Shown here: positions 9,873 through 19,273 of the stretch, piece after piece
Layout of the letters: each line of letters begins with the position of its first letter
How positions within the stretch are numbered: the stretch's first letter is position 1
Source: a virus
Taxonomy: Duplodnaviria > Caudoviricetes
Length of the DNA stretch: 54,333 nucleotides
Strand: one strand, 5' to 3'
Virus record (IMG/VR): IMGVR_UViG_3300020045_001996
Span: 1 to 54,333 of that record
Made by a program: the position numbers and the translations under genes
Notes under the pieces: model-generated
The model's database searches: none
Seen by the model: only the letters and a program-made list of their open reading frames with translations
Told to the model about the DNA's origin: nothing

Positions 9873-10381
9873 ATAAGATACTATCGTTCTTCACTGACTG
9901 GAAAGTCAAGCTAGCTATCGTTCTTTTTGCTTTAGCTGCTGCATTTACTTATCATAAAGTCCTAGTGCATGAAGCAGTGACAGAAGCTGTAGCTGAAATT
10001 CACACCCAGCAAACTAAAGAAAACTTCAGGCTCAAAGAACAGTCTCTTAATGCTAAGATTGCTCTGCAAGAATCATTTGATAAAATTCAGAAAGAAAAAG
10101 ATGCTAAACTACAAGTTCTTAATTCTAGGATTGCTTCTCTCAATCTCAGCTTGCAGCAACGTCCCTCTCGTGAAGAGTCAAGCGGAGTTTCCAACGATTC
10201 CGAAGTTGGAGAAAGCCCCAGATTCGTGGCTGCAGACAGACTATATCGGGATGATGCAGCAGTGGCTATCTGGTTCGCTACCAGAACTGAAGGATTGAAG
10301 ATTGAACTTCAAACCTGCTACAGAAGCTACGACGAAGCAAGGGAAACACTAGAGAAGTTCAAGAGAGATAACCAAAGGTAA
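9869..10381 (+). CDS. i-spanin (Rz-like)
   Basis: N-terminal TM plus coiled coil; follows endolysin; contains a nested lipoprotein ORF. Confidence 0.8.
   Translation: MNKILSFFTDWKVKLAIVLFALAAAFTYHKVLVHEAVTEAVAEIHTQQTKENFRLKEQSLNAKIALQESFDKIQKEKDAKLQVLNSRIASLNLSLQQRPSREESSGVSNDSEVGESPRFVAADRLYRDDAAVAIWFATRTEGLKIELQTCYRSYDEARETLEKFKRDNQR
10101..10298 (+). CDS. o-spanin (Rz1-like lipoprotein) embedded in Rz
   Basis: MLNYKFLILGLLLSISAC signal peptide and lipobox; Pro-containing mature part; nested in the +1 frame. Confidence 0.8.
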   Translation: MLNYKFLILGLLLSISACSNVPLVKSQAEFPTIPKLEKAPDSWLQTDYIGMMQQWLSGSLPELKD

Positions 10382-10474
10382 TCCGAGGATGCCTCTAGAA
10401 AGCCTTAAAACACCTCTAGAATCGTTTATAAATAAAAAGAAGTACATCGGTATCAAAAACAGAGAAAGACGATT

Positions 10475-10825
10475 ATGGAAGTGCTAGAGCTGTTGAAGGA
10501 CTCCCCAAAGAAAAGCAATTGCCTACTTTGGGCTATTCCTAGATGGATAGTCAAAGGTAGACAAGATCAATCTCCTTACTTTATTATCCCCTTGGGTAAA
10601 TGGAGATTGCTGCTTAGATGGTCACGTATCCCTTGGGGATTTCTTCATTGCTTACTTGGAGAGATGGACCCGGTAACAGGACAGATTCAAGTAGTGAGTT
10701 ACAAGCCTCCACTGGGGCATCACAAGACTGGAATTGCTCTTACATTTGAAGGTCATGTAGTTGAAGGTGATTCAATTATAAGATGGGTGGAAATGTCTGA
10801 AGAAGTATCAGGTCAAAGTCACTAG
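10475..10825 (+). CDS. hypothetical protein
   Basis: ORF ends just before the terminator; SNCLLWA and HCL motifs. Confidence 0.6.
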   Translation: MEVLELLKDSPKKSNCLLWAIPRWIVKGRQDQSPYFIIPLGKWRLLLRWSRIPWGFLHCLLGEMDPVTGQIQVVSYKPPLGHHKTGIALTFEGHVVEGDSIIRWVEMSEEVSGQSH

Positions 10826-10842
10826 TAAAATTACAAATGAAT

Positions 10843-10883
10843 AAACCCCCAGATAGCGTAATGCCTTCTAGGGGTTTTCTTTT
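10843..10883. terminator. intrinsic terminator between convergent arms
   Basis: AAACCCC.AGA...TCT.GGGGTTT followed by a T-rich tract, at the strand switch. Confidence 0.7.
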
Positions 10884-10895
10884 GTCTAAATTTTT

Positions 10896-11108
10896 TCATC
10901 GCTCCAAAGACTTAGCCCACAAGTCTAAATCTACTATCCAAGGTCTTACTTTGTCGCCTGAAAAACTTCGACTGATTGAAATAATCCTCCACTCACCATG
11001 AAGATATGGAATATGAGTATATTCATCCTTGTCAAACAAACCCTGACAATCAGCACTTTCGTTGTCGGTCATAGCAATAGATGCTTGCATTCTAGCTGAG
11101 ATAATCAT
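10896..11108 (-). CDS. hypothetical protein
   Basis: ORF on the coding strand of the arm, GGTGG upstream. Confidence 0.5.
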   Translation of the reverse strand: MIISARMQASIAMTDNESADCQGLFDKDEYTHIPYLHGEWRIISISRSFSGDKVRPWIVDLDLWAKSLER

Positions 11109-11232
11109 TTAAAACACCACCATTCATACTCATATAATACTTGCAATACTTTTTGGCACAGCACTTCTAGCAAACCAAATGTAATCACTAAGCACGCTGC
11201 TAGTGGAAAAGTAACCCAAAACAAAATCTTTT

Positions 11233-11460
11233 TCATTTGTTATCCTTCAACATCCTAGAGACAATACCCTCTAAATCATCCCAGTCTCTATTACCAAAAG
11301 TCCACCAGTTTACCAACTCTGTCCAATCTACTTCCTTTGGCGATGCTGTAAGTTCTTCTGGAAAAGCAAAGACTTCTTCTACTTGTACACTTCGGCATTG
11401 TCCTGCAATACAATCTTGCTTACCACAGAATGGACAACCCCCCATTAGAAAAGTTTGCAT
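11233..11460 (-). CDS. hypothetical protein (Cys-rich N-terminus)
   Basis: AAGGA RBS; CPFCG..C....C. Confidence 0.55.
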   Translation of the reverse strand: MQTFLMGGCPFCGKQDCIAGQCRSVQVEEVFAFPEELTASPKEVDWTELVNWWTFGNRDWDDLEGIVSRMLKDNK

Positions 11461-11476
11461 TTAGATTCCTTTCGTT

Positions 11477-11719
11477 TCATGCAAATGTACTCTTTAAGAC
11501 TGCAGATTGTTCCAAGCACCTACGAATCAAAATAGCTGCGTCAGAACCAGCGAGACACCCTCCTTTGACTTCTTCAACAAATAAGTCAGTATTGACTCGA
11601 TAACGAGCACTTCTCCATGTAAATCTTACGGAGTCTTTCTCACTGATCAAGTCTATATCCTTAATCTGGTTAGGGTAAGGAAGTGCATTGATTAACACTT
11701 CAATGATCTTAGATTGCAT
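11477..11719 (-). CDS. hypothetical protein
   Basis: AAGGA RBS, packed operon. Confidence 0.6.
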   Translation of the reverse strand: MQSKIIEVLINALPYPNQIKDIDLISEKDSVRFTWRSARYRVNTDLFVEEVKGGCLAGSDAAILIRRCLEQSAVLKSTFA

Positions 11720-11938
11720 TTAATTTCCTTTCTATTCCGCTTCATTCATTATAACCGATGCTATAAGCATCATCAAATACGCTACGGTTTCTGTCACGAT
11801 GTCACTAAGATTTGTCGTGATTGCTTTGATTATCATGATTCTTCATCCTTGTTGACAGCACAGATTGCAACAGCCATTATACCAGCAATACAAATAAATA
11901 CTACAGCGACTATAAAGATTGCCCAGAGTGGTAGTCCT

Positions 11939-12703
11939 TCAAACATTGTTAGTCTCCTTTCGTTTAGGTGGTAAATTATTCTCTGCAACATTCTTCGCAA
12001 TAAGTTTTTCTGTCATTGTAACAGCATGTGCTATTGCTTCTTCTTTATCCCAGGCTTCATAACAATGATCATGATTTACAACATTAATCCACTGAGAGTC
12101 CCATAGGTGAACTTCTGTAGATGTAGCACCTACTTTCAGATATTGCTCTAGTGATGTACAACGCTCTACTAGTCTAAGTACTTCACCCATGCTTTTCTTA
12201 TCCCCGTGTACATTGAAGCCATTCCATGAAAGTGTGCTCTCTGGTTCTTTCTCTTGCAATTGCCCAAAGTCGCTGATGTATTGCAGGTTAAGTTCTTGGA
12301 GTTTAGATTGTAGTTCATCTCGTTCTAGCTCAAACTTAGAAGCAAGACATCTCCATGATTCACGCTGGTCGAGAAGAGATTGCTTTTCGGTTAACAGGGA
12401 GTCACGTTGACTAAGCATGTCTTGATAAAGCATATCTGATTCCTGCTCAAGATTTGCAAAGTGAATCTTTAATTCTTTGTTCTCTTGTTCTATACATACA
12501 AGTCTTCCACGGAGTTGGTTGTTTTCACGGTAGTAATCCTCAGCAGCTTTTGCATTTGCAGCACACGATTCTTGTGCAGTCTTAAGTGCTTCTATAAGGT
12601 CATCAATTTCTGATTGCATGTACTCTTCTATTTCACCAGCTACACCATAAGGTTTGCAATCAACATCTTCTTGGTAGCGTTCACGCCATGTTTTAATATT
12701 CAT
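11939..12703 (-). CDS. coiled-coil hypothetical protein
   Basis: IKTWRER...MQSEIDDL N-terminus, long coiled coil. Confidence 0.65.
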   Translation of the reverse strand: MNIKTWRERYQEDVDCKPYGVAGEIEEYMQSEIDDLIEALKTAQESCAANAKAAEDYYRENNQLRGRLVCIEQENKELKIHFANLEQESDMLYQDMLSQRDSLLTEKQSLLDQRESWRCLASKFELERDELQSKLQELNLQYISDFGQLQEKEPESTLSWNGFNVHGDKKSMGEVLRLVERCTSLEQYLKVGATSTEVHLWDSQWINVVNHDHCYEAWDKEEAIAHAVTMTEKLIAKNVAENNLPPKRKETNNV

Positions 12704-12704
12704 A

Positions 12705-12974
12705 CTATTGACCTTTCATTGCTGCTGTAAGCACTTCCCTTACTGTCCGGTATCCCTCTACTTGATGAGCATAGTAGCGATAATCTCCGTAGCCTGTGTG
12801 GCAAAAACCATGACCCTCTGTAGAAGACTCAAGCCAATTCAGCATTTCTGTATCAGCCTTGTGTTTCTCAAGAGCTGCACGGAGGTCATCAAATTTAGCA
12901 ACAACTTCATGGAAAACTTCAGCAACTGGTAAATCCCTTCGTGTGTTCAACCAATGTTCAAATTCACTCATCAT
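12705..12974 (-). CDS. hypothetical protein
   Basis: AAGGAG RBS, packed operon. Confidence 0.6.
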   Translation of the reverse strand: MMSEFEHWLNTRRDLPVAEVFHEVVAKFDDLRAALEKHKADTEMLNWLESSTEGHGFCHTGYGDYRYYAHQVEGYRTVREVLTAAMKGQ

Positions 12975-13218
12975 AAACTCCTTTCAAAATGTGCCTAGCA
13001 TCAGTAGCAAAAGATGAACTCTCCATGTCGTATTCACTGAATAGCTCTTCAAACTTTTCATGCAACCTTACGCTAAGTTCAAACATAACGTCTTCGTAAG
13101 TACGAAGGGCTGCTCGGAGTTCGTTTATTTCCTCCTGCATGGAATTCATAATAATACCATCGTCTGTGGTGTACTGTTCACGTTCTTGCCATGTTTCAAT
13201 TTTACTTGATTTACTCAT
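12964..13218 (-). CDS. hypothetical protein
   Basis: AAGGAG before ATG 13218; IETWQER...MQEEINELRAAL. Confidence 0.6.
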   Translation of the reverse strand: MSKSSKIETWQEREQYTTDDGIIMNSMQEEINELRAALRTYEDVMFELSVRLHEKFEELFSEYDMESSSFATDARHILKGVYDE

Positions 13219-13239
13219 TTCAAACTCCTTTCGATAGAT

Positions 13240-13279
13240 AAAAGAAAACCCAACAAGAACCTTCCGATCCATGTTGGGT
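13240..13279 (-). terminator. intrinsic terminator after thioredoxin
   Basis: Minus strand ACCCAACA...TGTTGGGT then TTTCTTTT; loop is large. Confidence 0.55.
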
Positions 13280-13308
13280 ATCTTACTGCATTAAATTTTA
13301 GTTGTCAA
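13280..13308 (-). promoter_or_regulatory. sigma70-type promoter
   Basis: TTGACA-17 nt-TAAGAT. Confidence 0.65.
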
Positions 13309-13314
13309 GCTACT

Positions 13315-13593
13315 TCAATCAAAATGTCTAGTGTTGCTTTTTAGCAAAAAGGACTCAAACCATCTTTCAAGATCAGCCTTAGACACAGCACCAGTCTTTG
13401 CACTGACAACAGCACCTTCTTGGTCTACAAGTAGTAGCGTAGGGATAGACCGTATCTTGTACATCAAGGCTAGTTCACGATCAGAGTCTACGTCAACATC
13501 TTCTACAGGAAATGGCACTTGCATTTCAGAGAGGGTCTTGCTGAGGTTCTTACAGGGTGAACAAGTGCTAGAAGAGAATTTTAGTATTTTCAT
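13315..13593 (-). CDS. thioredoxin
   Basis: KF...CSPCK active site; YKIRSIPTLLL cis-Pro motif; next to nrdJ; start may be 13614. Confidence 0.88.
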   Translation of the reverse strand: MKILKFSSSTCSPCKNLSKTLSEMQVPFPVEDVDVDSDRELALMYKIRSIPTLLLVDQEGAVVSAKTGAVSKADLERWFESFLLKSNTRHFD

Positions 13594-13604
13594 GGTTTTG
13601 TCGT

Positions 13605-15187
13605 TTAGCCACATTTAGAACTCCCGCAATTAGCACACACCTTACAACCTTCTTGATAGACTACATTAGCACTTCCACATGCTGTGCACTTTTCATCTAT
13701 GACTTTCTCCCCATCCTTGATGAACGAAGCAAGGTACTTCCGAAGGTGAAACACAAATGTACCAGCAATGCAATCAACTTTCTCCAAAGCATTGACAATG
13801 TTCCGAATCAGCACACCATGCCGTAGGTTCAAAGAAATAATTCTACAAATCTTCGTAGCATTGCTATCTTGACTGCACTTACGCAAAGTGTCATCAATGT
13901 ACTTCTCAGGGATGCCCTTAACTCTTGCAAGATCAATCAGACGCTCTACAGTGTCCTCAGCGATTACACTCTTTTCAGAATGGTTAGTCTGTACAAACAA
14001 AGCAACAGGTTTAGTCTGTGATTCATTCTGGATAACCGTCAAGTACCACTTACGACCTTCTGCACGTAGAGTCTTCATCATCGCTGGAAGATTATCTGGT
14101 AGCTTAATGTCATCAAGAATTACTTCCTCTTCTGCATCAACCGTTTCCTTAACTGCTGAAAGAACAGATGTCATAGTCCCTGCACGATAAGTTGTGAAGC
14201 CTTTAATAACTCCAGTGTTGTACACATCCAAGTACAAGTTCTTGAAGTCATCATAAGCGTAGTCCGCTGGGATGTTGCAAGTCTTAGAGCAAGCGGAATC
14301 GGTGTACTTAGCAAACCCCTTCAAGTCATTTACATGCTCATCTACGCTCAGTTCTGTAGTTGTCACAACATAGTCTGCGTATTGATCATAGCCTCCATTT
14401 TTCTTCAAGTACCTGATGCCATAGTCTTCGCACAGGACTTCTTTTGTAAGCCCACGGCTCTTATCAATCTTGTAAGTGACTCCTGACTTATCTACACCTT
14501 TCAGAATCTGCTCATCTCCCTCCATTGCAAACTTGAACATTTCTGTTTCGTGGAATTCCCCAAGATAGAACTTTGGAGTTACATCAATAATATGATCTGG
14601 TGTAATCGGAACAATCACTGTACGAATGTACTCAGTCATGAATGCAGGTTCAATACCCCCAGTGACAACATTTGCAAAAATACTTCCATTCCCATTAGGT
14701 TGTTGACTCAGCAAGGAACTATTACGAATACCGTAAGTACGCAACTTCAGATTGTACTCAGGAGAGAGGTTCAACTTCTGGATGAACTTAGCTTCTGCAT
14801 GTTTTTCAGGGATGCAGTACTTAAACATACCCTTCTCTTCAGCCAAATCAATCGAGGCTTCATAAGCAGCTTTTGCATACGTTTGCATTACCTGCTCACG
14901 CAATGCTTCTGCTTGTTCAGAACCAAAACGAACCTTCAGCATAAACAATGCAGAACCCCAGCCCATTACACCACAACCAATTCTACGCTTATTTCGCATG
15001 GAGTCCACGTAGATAGGTAGAGGTGCATCTGAAATTGAGTTTACATTATCCAAGAAACGTACGAGAATACGAACGTACTTATCAAGTTTATTTAGATCAA
15101 AGTTATCTCCTGCACTATTAATAAATTGAGTCAAATTCAATGTTCCAAGGCAGCATACACCACCCGGAGCAAGCACCTGTTCACCGC
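13605..15187 (-). CDS. nrdJ: class II (AdoCbl-dependent) ribonucleotide reductase, exon 2
   Basis: (C)GEQ..VCCLGTLNL, RRIGCGVMG, QPNG....GGIEP, D.ACSKT.N, KGFTTYR; C-terminal TSCPD-like domain and Zn ribbon CTACG..EGCKVCANCGSSKC. Confidence 0.9.
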
Positions 15188-15418
15188 CCACGCCTGTTAC
15201 TTTTATGACCTCCTAAGAGGCGGTATCTCATTTCTGGATACTCTCTACCTTCTTTTGTTATAGTAGAGTGCAGACTATCGCATCACCGGATTTCTCCGGG
15301 CTAACTCACTTAGTCGTTCACCGTGCTTTCGCTTCGGCCCTGTCGTCCACTGCTGGACTTCCAAGTCAATCAGAGTTAGTTTTCATTGCCATGTTGCCAC
15401 AGCACGCCCCACGATTTT
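15188..15418 (-). mobile_element. group I self-splicing intron, ORF-less, 231 nt
   Basis: Removal restores AAT CCC T|GC GGT GAA = NPCGE; 5' exon ends in U paired with G in P1 (CCCU/GGGG); intron ends in G; P3 CUAACUC/GAGUUAG, P4 CUUG/CAGG, P5 GUCCA/UGGAC, P6 GCCG/CGGU, P7 GACUA/UAGUC, P8 CCGGA-GAAA-UCCGG, P9 stems, P10 AUCGU/GCGGU. Confidence 0.93.
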
Positions 15419-16364
15419 AGGGATTGGTCGAGTGTATTTTTTCTCCGTAGCTTAATGGATTGTACTCATTTGCACGATCAAGGAACAAGATTCCAGGTTC
15501 ATTCCGGTTGTAAGTACTTTCCATGATCAAGTTCCACAGCCATGAAACCTTTACTGTGTTATGAACGATTACTGGATAACACTTTGCTTTCCAGTCTTTC
15601 AAGTCTCCTTTCCATTCAGACTTATAAGCACTGAAAGAAGTATCTGGAAATTCAAGATTCCAAGTATCTTGCGATTCATCTCCATTTGTAACAGCATTAA
15701 CCTTTTGCATGAACTCTTCTGTGCAATTCACAGAGAGATTAAATTTACTCAATCGGCCAGAGGATTGCTTTGCCGTGATGAACTCAATAACATCGGGGTG
15801 GGATACTGAGATAGTACCCATTTGTGCCCCCTTGCGAATCTTTTCTTTGGACTTCTTGTTGTTGTTCTTCTTGCCTGAACCGGAAGTAACAATCTCAGAA
15901 CTCTTATCAAACAATTCCATGAAGCGTACTGCACCGGGGGATTCTACACCAATGCCTGCAATGAATGACCCTCGTGGACGAATCCAAGAGAAATCCATGC
16001 CCCAGCCACCTTCGGATTTCAGAGTCTGCGATTGCTCTTGCAAGACCTGATAAATCCCTTCAAGACTGTCCATGTTGTACTCAGGCAAACCACCAACAAA
16101 GCAGTTCATAAAAGTTGTGCCATTCCAGTCTGTACCAGCATTAGCAGTGATACGCCCACCAGCAACACCCTTGAAATCTGTCAGTAGATCATAAAATTGT
16201 TCTTCCCAGTATTGCTTCTTTTCTTCCGTTTCTTCTGCGCTTGCAATATCCTTTGCTACTCGCCGGAAGTTGTCGTTAACACTTACGTCTTTGTGATTAC
16301 GATAAGTTGTTCTCCAGATTTCTTCGGAGAAAGGGTCTTGAAATTCTGTTTGTTTTTGTGTCAT
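15419..16364 (-). CDS. nrdJ: class II ribonucleotide reductase, exon 1 (spliced product 842 aa)
   Basis: GGRITANAG..NCFV, GGWGMDFSWIRP.G, RKGAQMG....HPDV.EFITAK, FNLSV, EPGILFLD, ends STNP. Confidence 0.9.
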
Positions 16365-16388
16365 TTATTTCCTTTGTTGTTATAAGTC

Positions 16389-16730
16389 TTACGCAACTTC
16401 TACCATCCCTTTGCTTTTGTAAAGGTCAGTAAGCAAGTAATTGTTCAAACTCTTATCTTTAGCCTCTACACTGGCGTATCCGCTATCCACCCAGGGTTGA
16501 TCTACACGCTCCTTACCAACCCACCGAGGGCATGTAATCAAATTTCCAAAGCGATTGCGATGAGTAACATCCTGCCTCTCGGTGGGGTAATTAAAAACAT
16601 CCATTCCTAAATCGTAAAGCATCTTCTGAAACACATCGGGGTTTTCTTCGATAAACTCTTCTGTCACAAACGGTGCTACTGTTTGAATTTCACTCAACGA
16701 AACATATACGATTGCAGCTATCTGAAGCAT
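16389..16730 (-). CDS. hypothetical protein
   Basis: AAGGAG RBS; lies between thyX and nrdJ. Confidence 0.65.
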   Translation of the reverse strand: MLQIAAIVYVSLSEIQTVAPFVTEEFIEENPDVFQKMLYDLGMDVFNYPTERQDVTHRNRFGNLITCPRWVGKERVDQPWVDSGYASVEAKDKSLNNYLLTDLYKSKGMVEVA

Positions 16731-16795
16731 ACTCTCTCCTTTATTCTTTTAAGGAAGAACGGTAGAACCTCAATTCTACCATATCTTCGGGGTAA

Positions 16796-17749
16796 TTACA
16801 AGACAATTCTTGGAAGAAAGCCAATTTGATTTTCAAGCAACTTACGATGCTGTATAAAACCTTTGAGATTTGCACTCCAGAAACAACCTTCACGATCTAC
16901 ATGGCTTACACCTTCTTCCCAAGGGAGATTAAACACACGGCTAATCAATCCTTGTTTTGTACTTCTCATTGCAATTCCTTGGTGCTCTGATGGTGAAAAG
17001 TGCGGTTTAGGTCCATCAAAAAGTCTATCGTAAATCTGTATTGCCTTTTCAAAAGAGTCATCAAGTTTTCGATATGAAATCTGCCCACAGCAACTAGCAC
17101 TGATCTTCAAGGCAATATCTAAACTTACTCTTCCTTCACCGGGAATGTAGTAGTGAACATCTCTTGGATTATCCCCAAAATCTGATGGAAGCCTCTCAAC
17201 ATATGGTACATGTGCTCGACCTGGGAAAAGAAGAAAAGGTGTACTACCTGCTTTAGCTGTTTTAATCTTCCGTGCAAGATCAACAATCTCAGGTTGTGCT
17301 GCATCTGGGTCATCCCGAAGCCATTCAAAGTTATCCCACTCTGTTCCAGACATTACTACTTTAATTCGGCTATAGGGTTCTGTAATCCTGTTTGCCCACA
17401 TCTTATGCAACCCAAGTTCAGAAAGCTTGTTAGAGTAAGTAAACGCAGTGTACGCTGCAATATTCCAGATACTTTTTGCTGACTCAAGTTCATCTCCCTC
17501 CAGAACTTCAGAAGCTGACATACCACCCTTGTTCTTACCCCATACAATTGGTGTTACCGGATCAGATGCATTAACAGATAGCACAGAGTTAACAGGAACT
17601 GCACGAGAAGATTGAGCGTTCTTATTGAGCATCTTGTGTGTCAACACCTCTGCCCAAATATAGCGGTAAGTTTCAATCTCGTAGGTAATCAAACGATTAC
17701 CAGAAGTGTTGACACTATCTTGGATTACTTTTACTGAATTAAAACTCAT
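16796..17749 (-). CDS. thyX: FAD-dependent thymidylate synthase (phage Thy1/ThyX-like)
   Basis: AEVLTHKMLNKNAQSSRAVP (variant of the RHR..S.R motif), HKMWANR..EP, AQPEI..LA, H.SP.EHQ. Confidence 0.8.
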   Translation of the reverse strand: MSFNSVKVIQDSVNTSGNRLITYEIETYRYIWAEVLTHKMLNKNAQSSRAVPVNSVLSVNASDPVTPIVWGKNKGGMSASEVLEGDELESAKSIWNIAAYTAFTYSNKLSELGLHKMWANRITEPYSRIKVVMSGTEWDNFEWLRDDPDAAQPEIVDLARKIKTAKAGSTPFLLFPGRAHVPYVERLPSDFGDNPRDVHYYIPGEGRVSLDIALKISASCCGQISYRKLDDSFEKAIQIYDRLFDGPKPHFSPSEHQGIAMRSTKQGLISRVFNLPWEEGVSHVDREGCFWSANLKGFIQHRKLLENQIGFLPRIVL

Positions 17750-17758
17750 TGTTCTCCT

Positions 17759-17986
17759 TTAATTATATTCACCTACAGTAAAAACTGCATCTGTGATTCT
17801 CCAAACAATTTGAAATTTCTCAAAGTTTACAGTTTCACCTTCGTTGCACATACCCGCTGTTTTATAGATAACTACTGCAGTATCATCAGATGTCTTTATA
17901 TAAACACCAAACTCGTAATGAAACAACTTTCCTTTTCGTATACCGGAGAATGGTGTCTCACCGGGTTTAATTATTGAGATGTTCAT
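17759..17986 (-). CDS. hypothetical protein
   Basis: Overlaps the upstream stop; RBS present. Confidence 0.55.
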   Translation of the reverse strand: MNISIIKPGETPFSGIRKGKLFHYEFGVYIKTSDDTAVVIYKTAGMCNEGETVNFEKFQIVWRITDAVFTVGEYN

Positions 17987-18624
17987 TTATTTCCTTTCAG
18001 GTAATCAATCTCATCAAAAATAACATCCAAGTAAGGGTGAACAACTTCTTCGTTATTGGAATATGGAGAGTTAGACAGATGAACTGAATCTCGTACTTTA
18101 CCTACAATTTCTTCAATCTTTTCTAGAGTCTTTGTATCAAACGCATCTTCTTTTGATTGTCGATCAAAATACATAAGGAATAACGCATTAGTAATCAAAT
18201 GCGCAAGATGGCTCTTGCCAGTCTCAGGATCAATCTTATTCCCCACCCTGTGCTCTTTCATATGCCTAAGCAAAGCATCATTGAAGCGGCGTTGTGGGTA
18301 ATCCAAACGCTTCCAATTACTCCCGTCCTCTGCTGGATACTTTGAGTCACCATACTCTAGAACATCAACAATCTCTTCAAGATCAGGCCAGAAGGAATCC
18401 ATGTACCACCACTGGCGTTTACCTGAGTCGTTTTTGATTCCTGATTGCACAGTTGGTTCGTTTTCTTGGAGTTTCTTTAAGTAATGTTTATAAACATACC
18501 TATCTTCACCCTCCGAATTAACAATTCTACATACATCACTTTTTGGATTACTTCCAGTGCAGAGAACCTCTCCTTCAGTAAAATCTGGACCACCATACCA
18601 ATAATATTTCCCTTCTGTAATCAT
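17983..18624 (-). CDS. dATP/dGTP diphosphohydrolase-domain (DUF5664-like) protein
   Basis: GIKNDSGK..W, VLEYG..KY...NWK, ALLRH, DPETGKSHLAH...NALFL. Confidence 0.8.
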   Translation of the reverse strand: MITEGKYYWYGGPDFTEGEVLCTGSNPKSDVCRIVNSEGEDRYVYKHYLKKLQENEPTVQSGIKNDSGKRQWWYMDSFWPDLEEIVDVLEYGDSKYPAEDGSNWKRLDYPQRRFNDALLRHMKEHRVGNKIDPETGKSHLAHLITNALFLMYFDRQSKEDAFDTKTLEKIEEIVGKVRDSVHLSNSPYSNNEEVVHPYLDVIFDEIDYLKGNK

Positions 18625-19094
18625 TAAACCTCCTTACTAAAACAATCACTTAAATCATTCTCTACAAAACTTTTACATTTTAAATACTTACCATTCATAT
18701 CTCGAACTACATATCGTTTGTAATCAGGATTATAACCGAAAACAGTCTCTTTATTCTTTACTTCTTTGTAAAATTTCCGCGTCTGTTCTACTTCATCAAG
18801 ACTTGTAGGAAACTTAGAGAGATTGTTGTCAGCAGTCTTTTGCATTGCTTTACCAACATTTGCTCCTAGGCTTTCTAACTTCCCTAGGTATCCAAATACA
18901 GTAACCAAGATATCCATACATGCATCGAGTTCTTCCACAAGGTCTTCAACATCAAGAGCATCTTGCAATTCCGCTACTTCACTTTGGATATAGCCTAATT
19001 GTCGCTTACGGTCTTTTGGTGTAAACTCAATATCTTGTCCTGCGATTTCACATGCACGTAGAGAGTTTTCGTATAGGTATGTTAGTTCTCTCAA
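18624..19094 (-). CDS. MazG-like (all-alpha) nucleotide pyrophosphohydrolase
   Basis: SEVAEL..A.....EELDACMDILV...G, NNLSKF. Confidence 0.75.
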   Translation of the reverse strand: MRELTYLYENSLRACEIAGQDIEFTPKDRKRQLGYIQSEVAELQDALDVEDLVEELDACMDILVTVFGYLGKLESLGANVGKAMQKTADNNLSKFPTSLDEVEQTRKFYKEVKNKETVFGYNPDYKRYVVRDMNGKYLKCKSFVENDLSDCFSKEV

Positions 19095-19273
19095 TTTTCC
19101 TCCTTATCTAATACTTCACAATCTTTAAGAAGAACAAAGTTCAAGCATTCATACTCATTCCTCTCTCTGCACCAAAAAGCATCAGGTGTCATTCTGTGTA
19201 CGAGGAATACTTCGCCGATATGTTGCCTATACCAATACATGCTATCGCTGCAGTTTGTAATTTTGATTTTCAT
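19091..19273 (-). CDS. hypothetical protein
   Basis: Packed with overlaps; WY...IGE motif. Confidence 0.55.
   Translation of the reverse strand: MKIKITNCSDSMYWYRQHIGEVFLVHRMTPDAFWCRERNEYECLNFVLLKDCEVLDKEEN

Noticed and set aside
15188-15418. nrdJ as a natural two-gene split, an intein or a frameshift
   Set aside because: As separate ORFs the catalytic Cys would be absent, the insert begins by creating a stop codon so it cannot be an intein, and a complete group I core explains the gap exactly.
17983-19094. 2-aminoadenine (Z) or 7-deazaguanine DNA modification pathway
   Set aside because: DUF5664-like and MazG-like genes are present, but no PurZ or Que/Dpd genes are in the window; these hydrolases also occur in unmodified phages.
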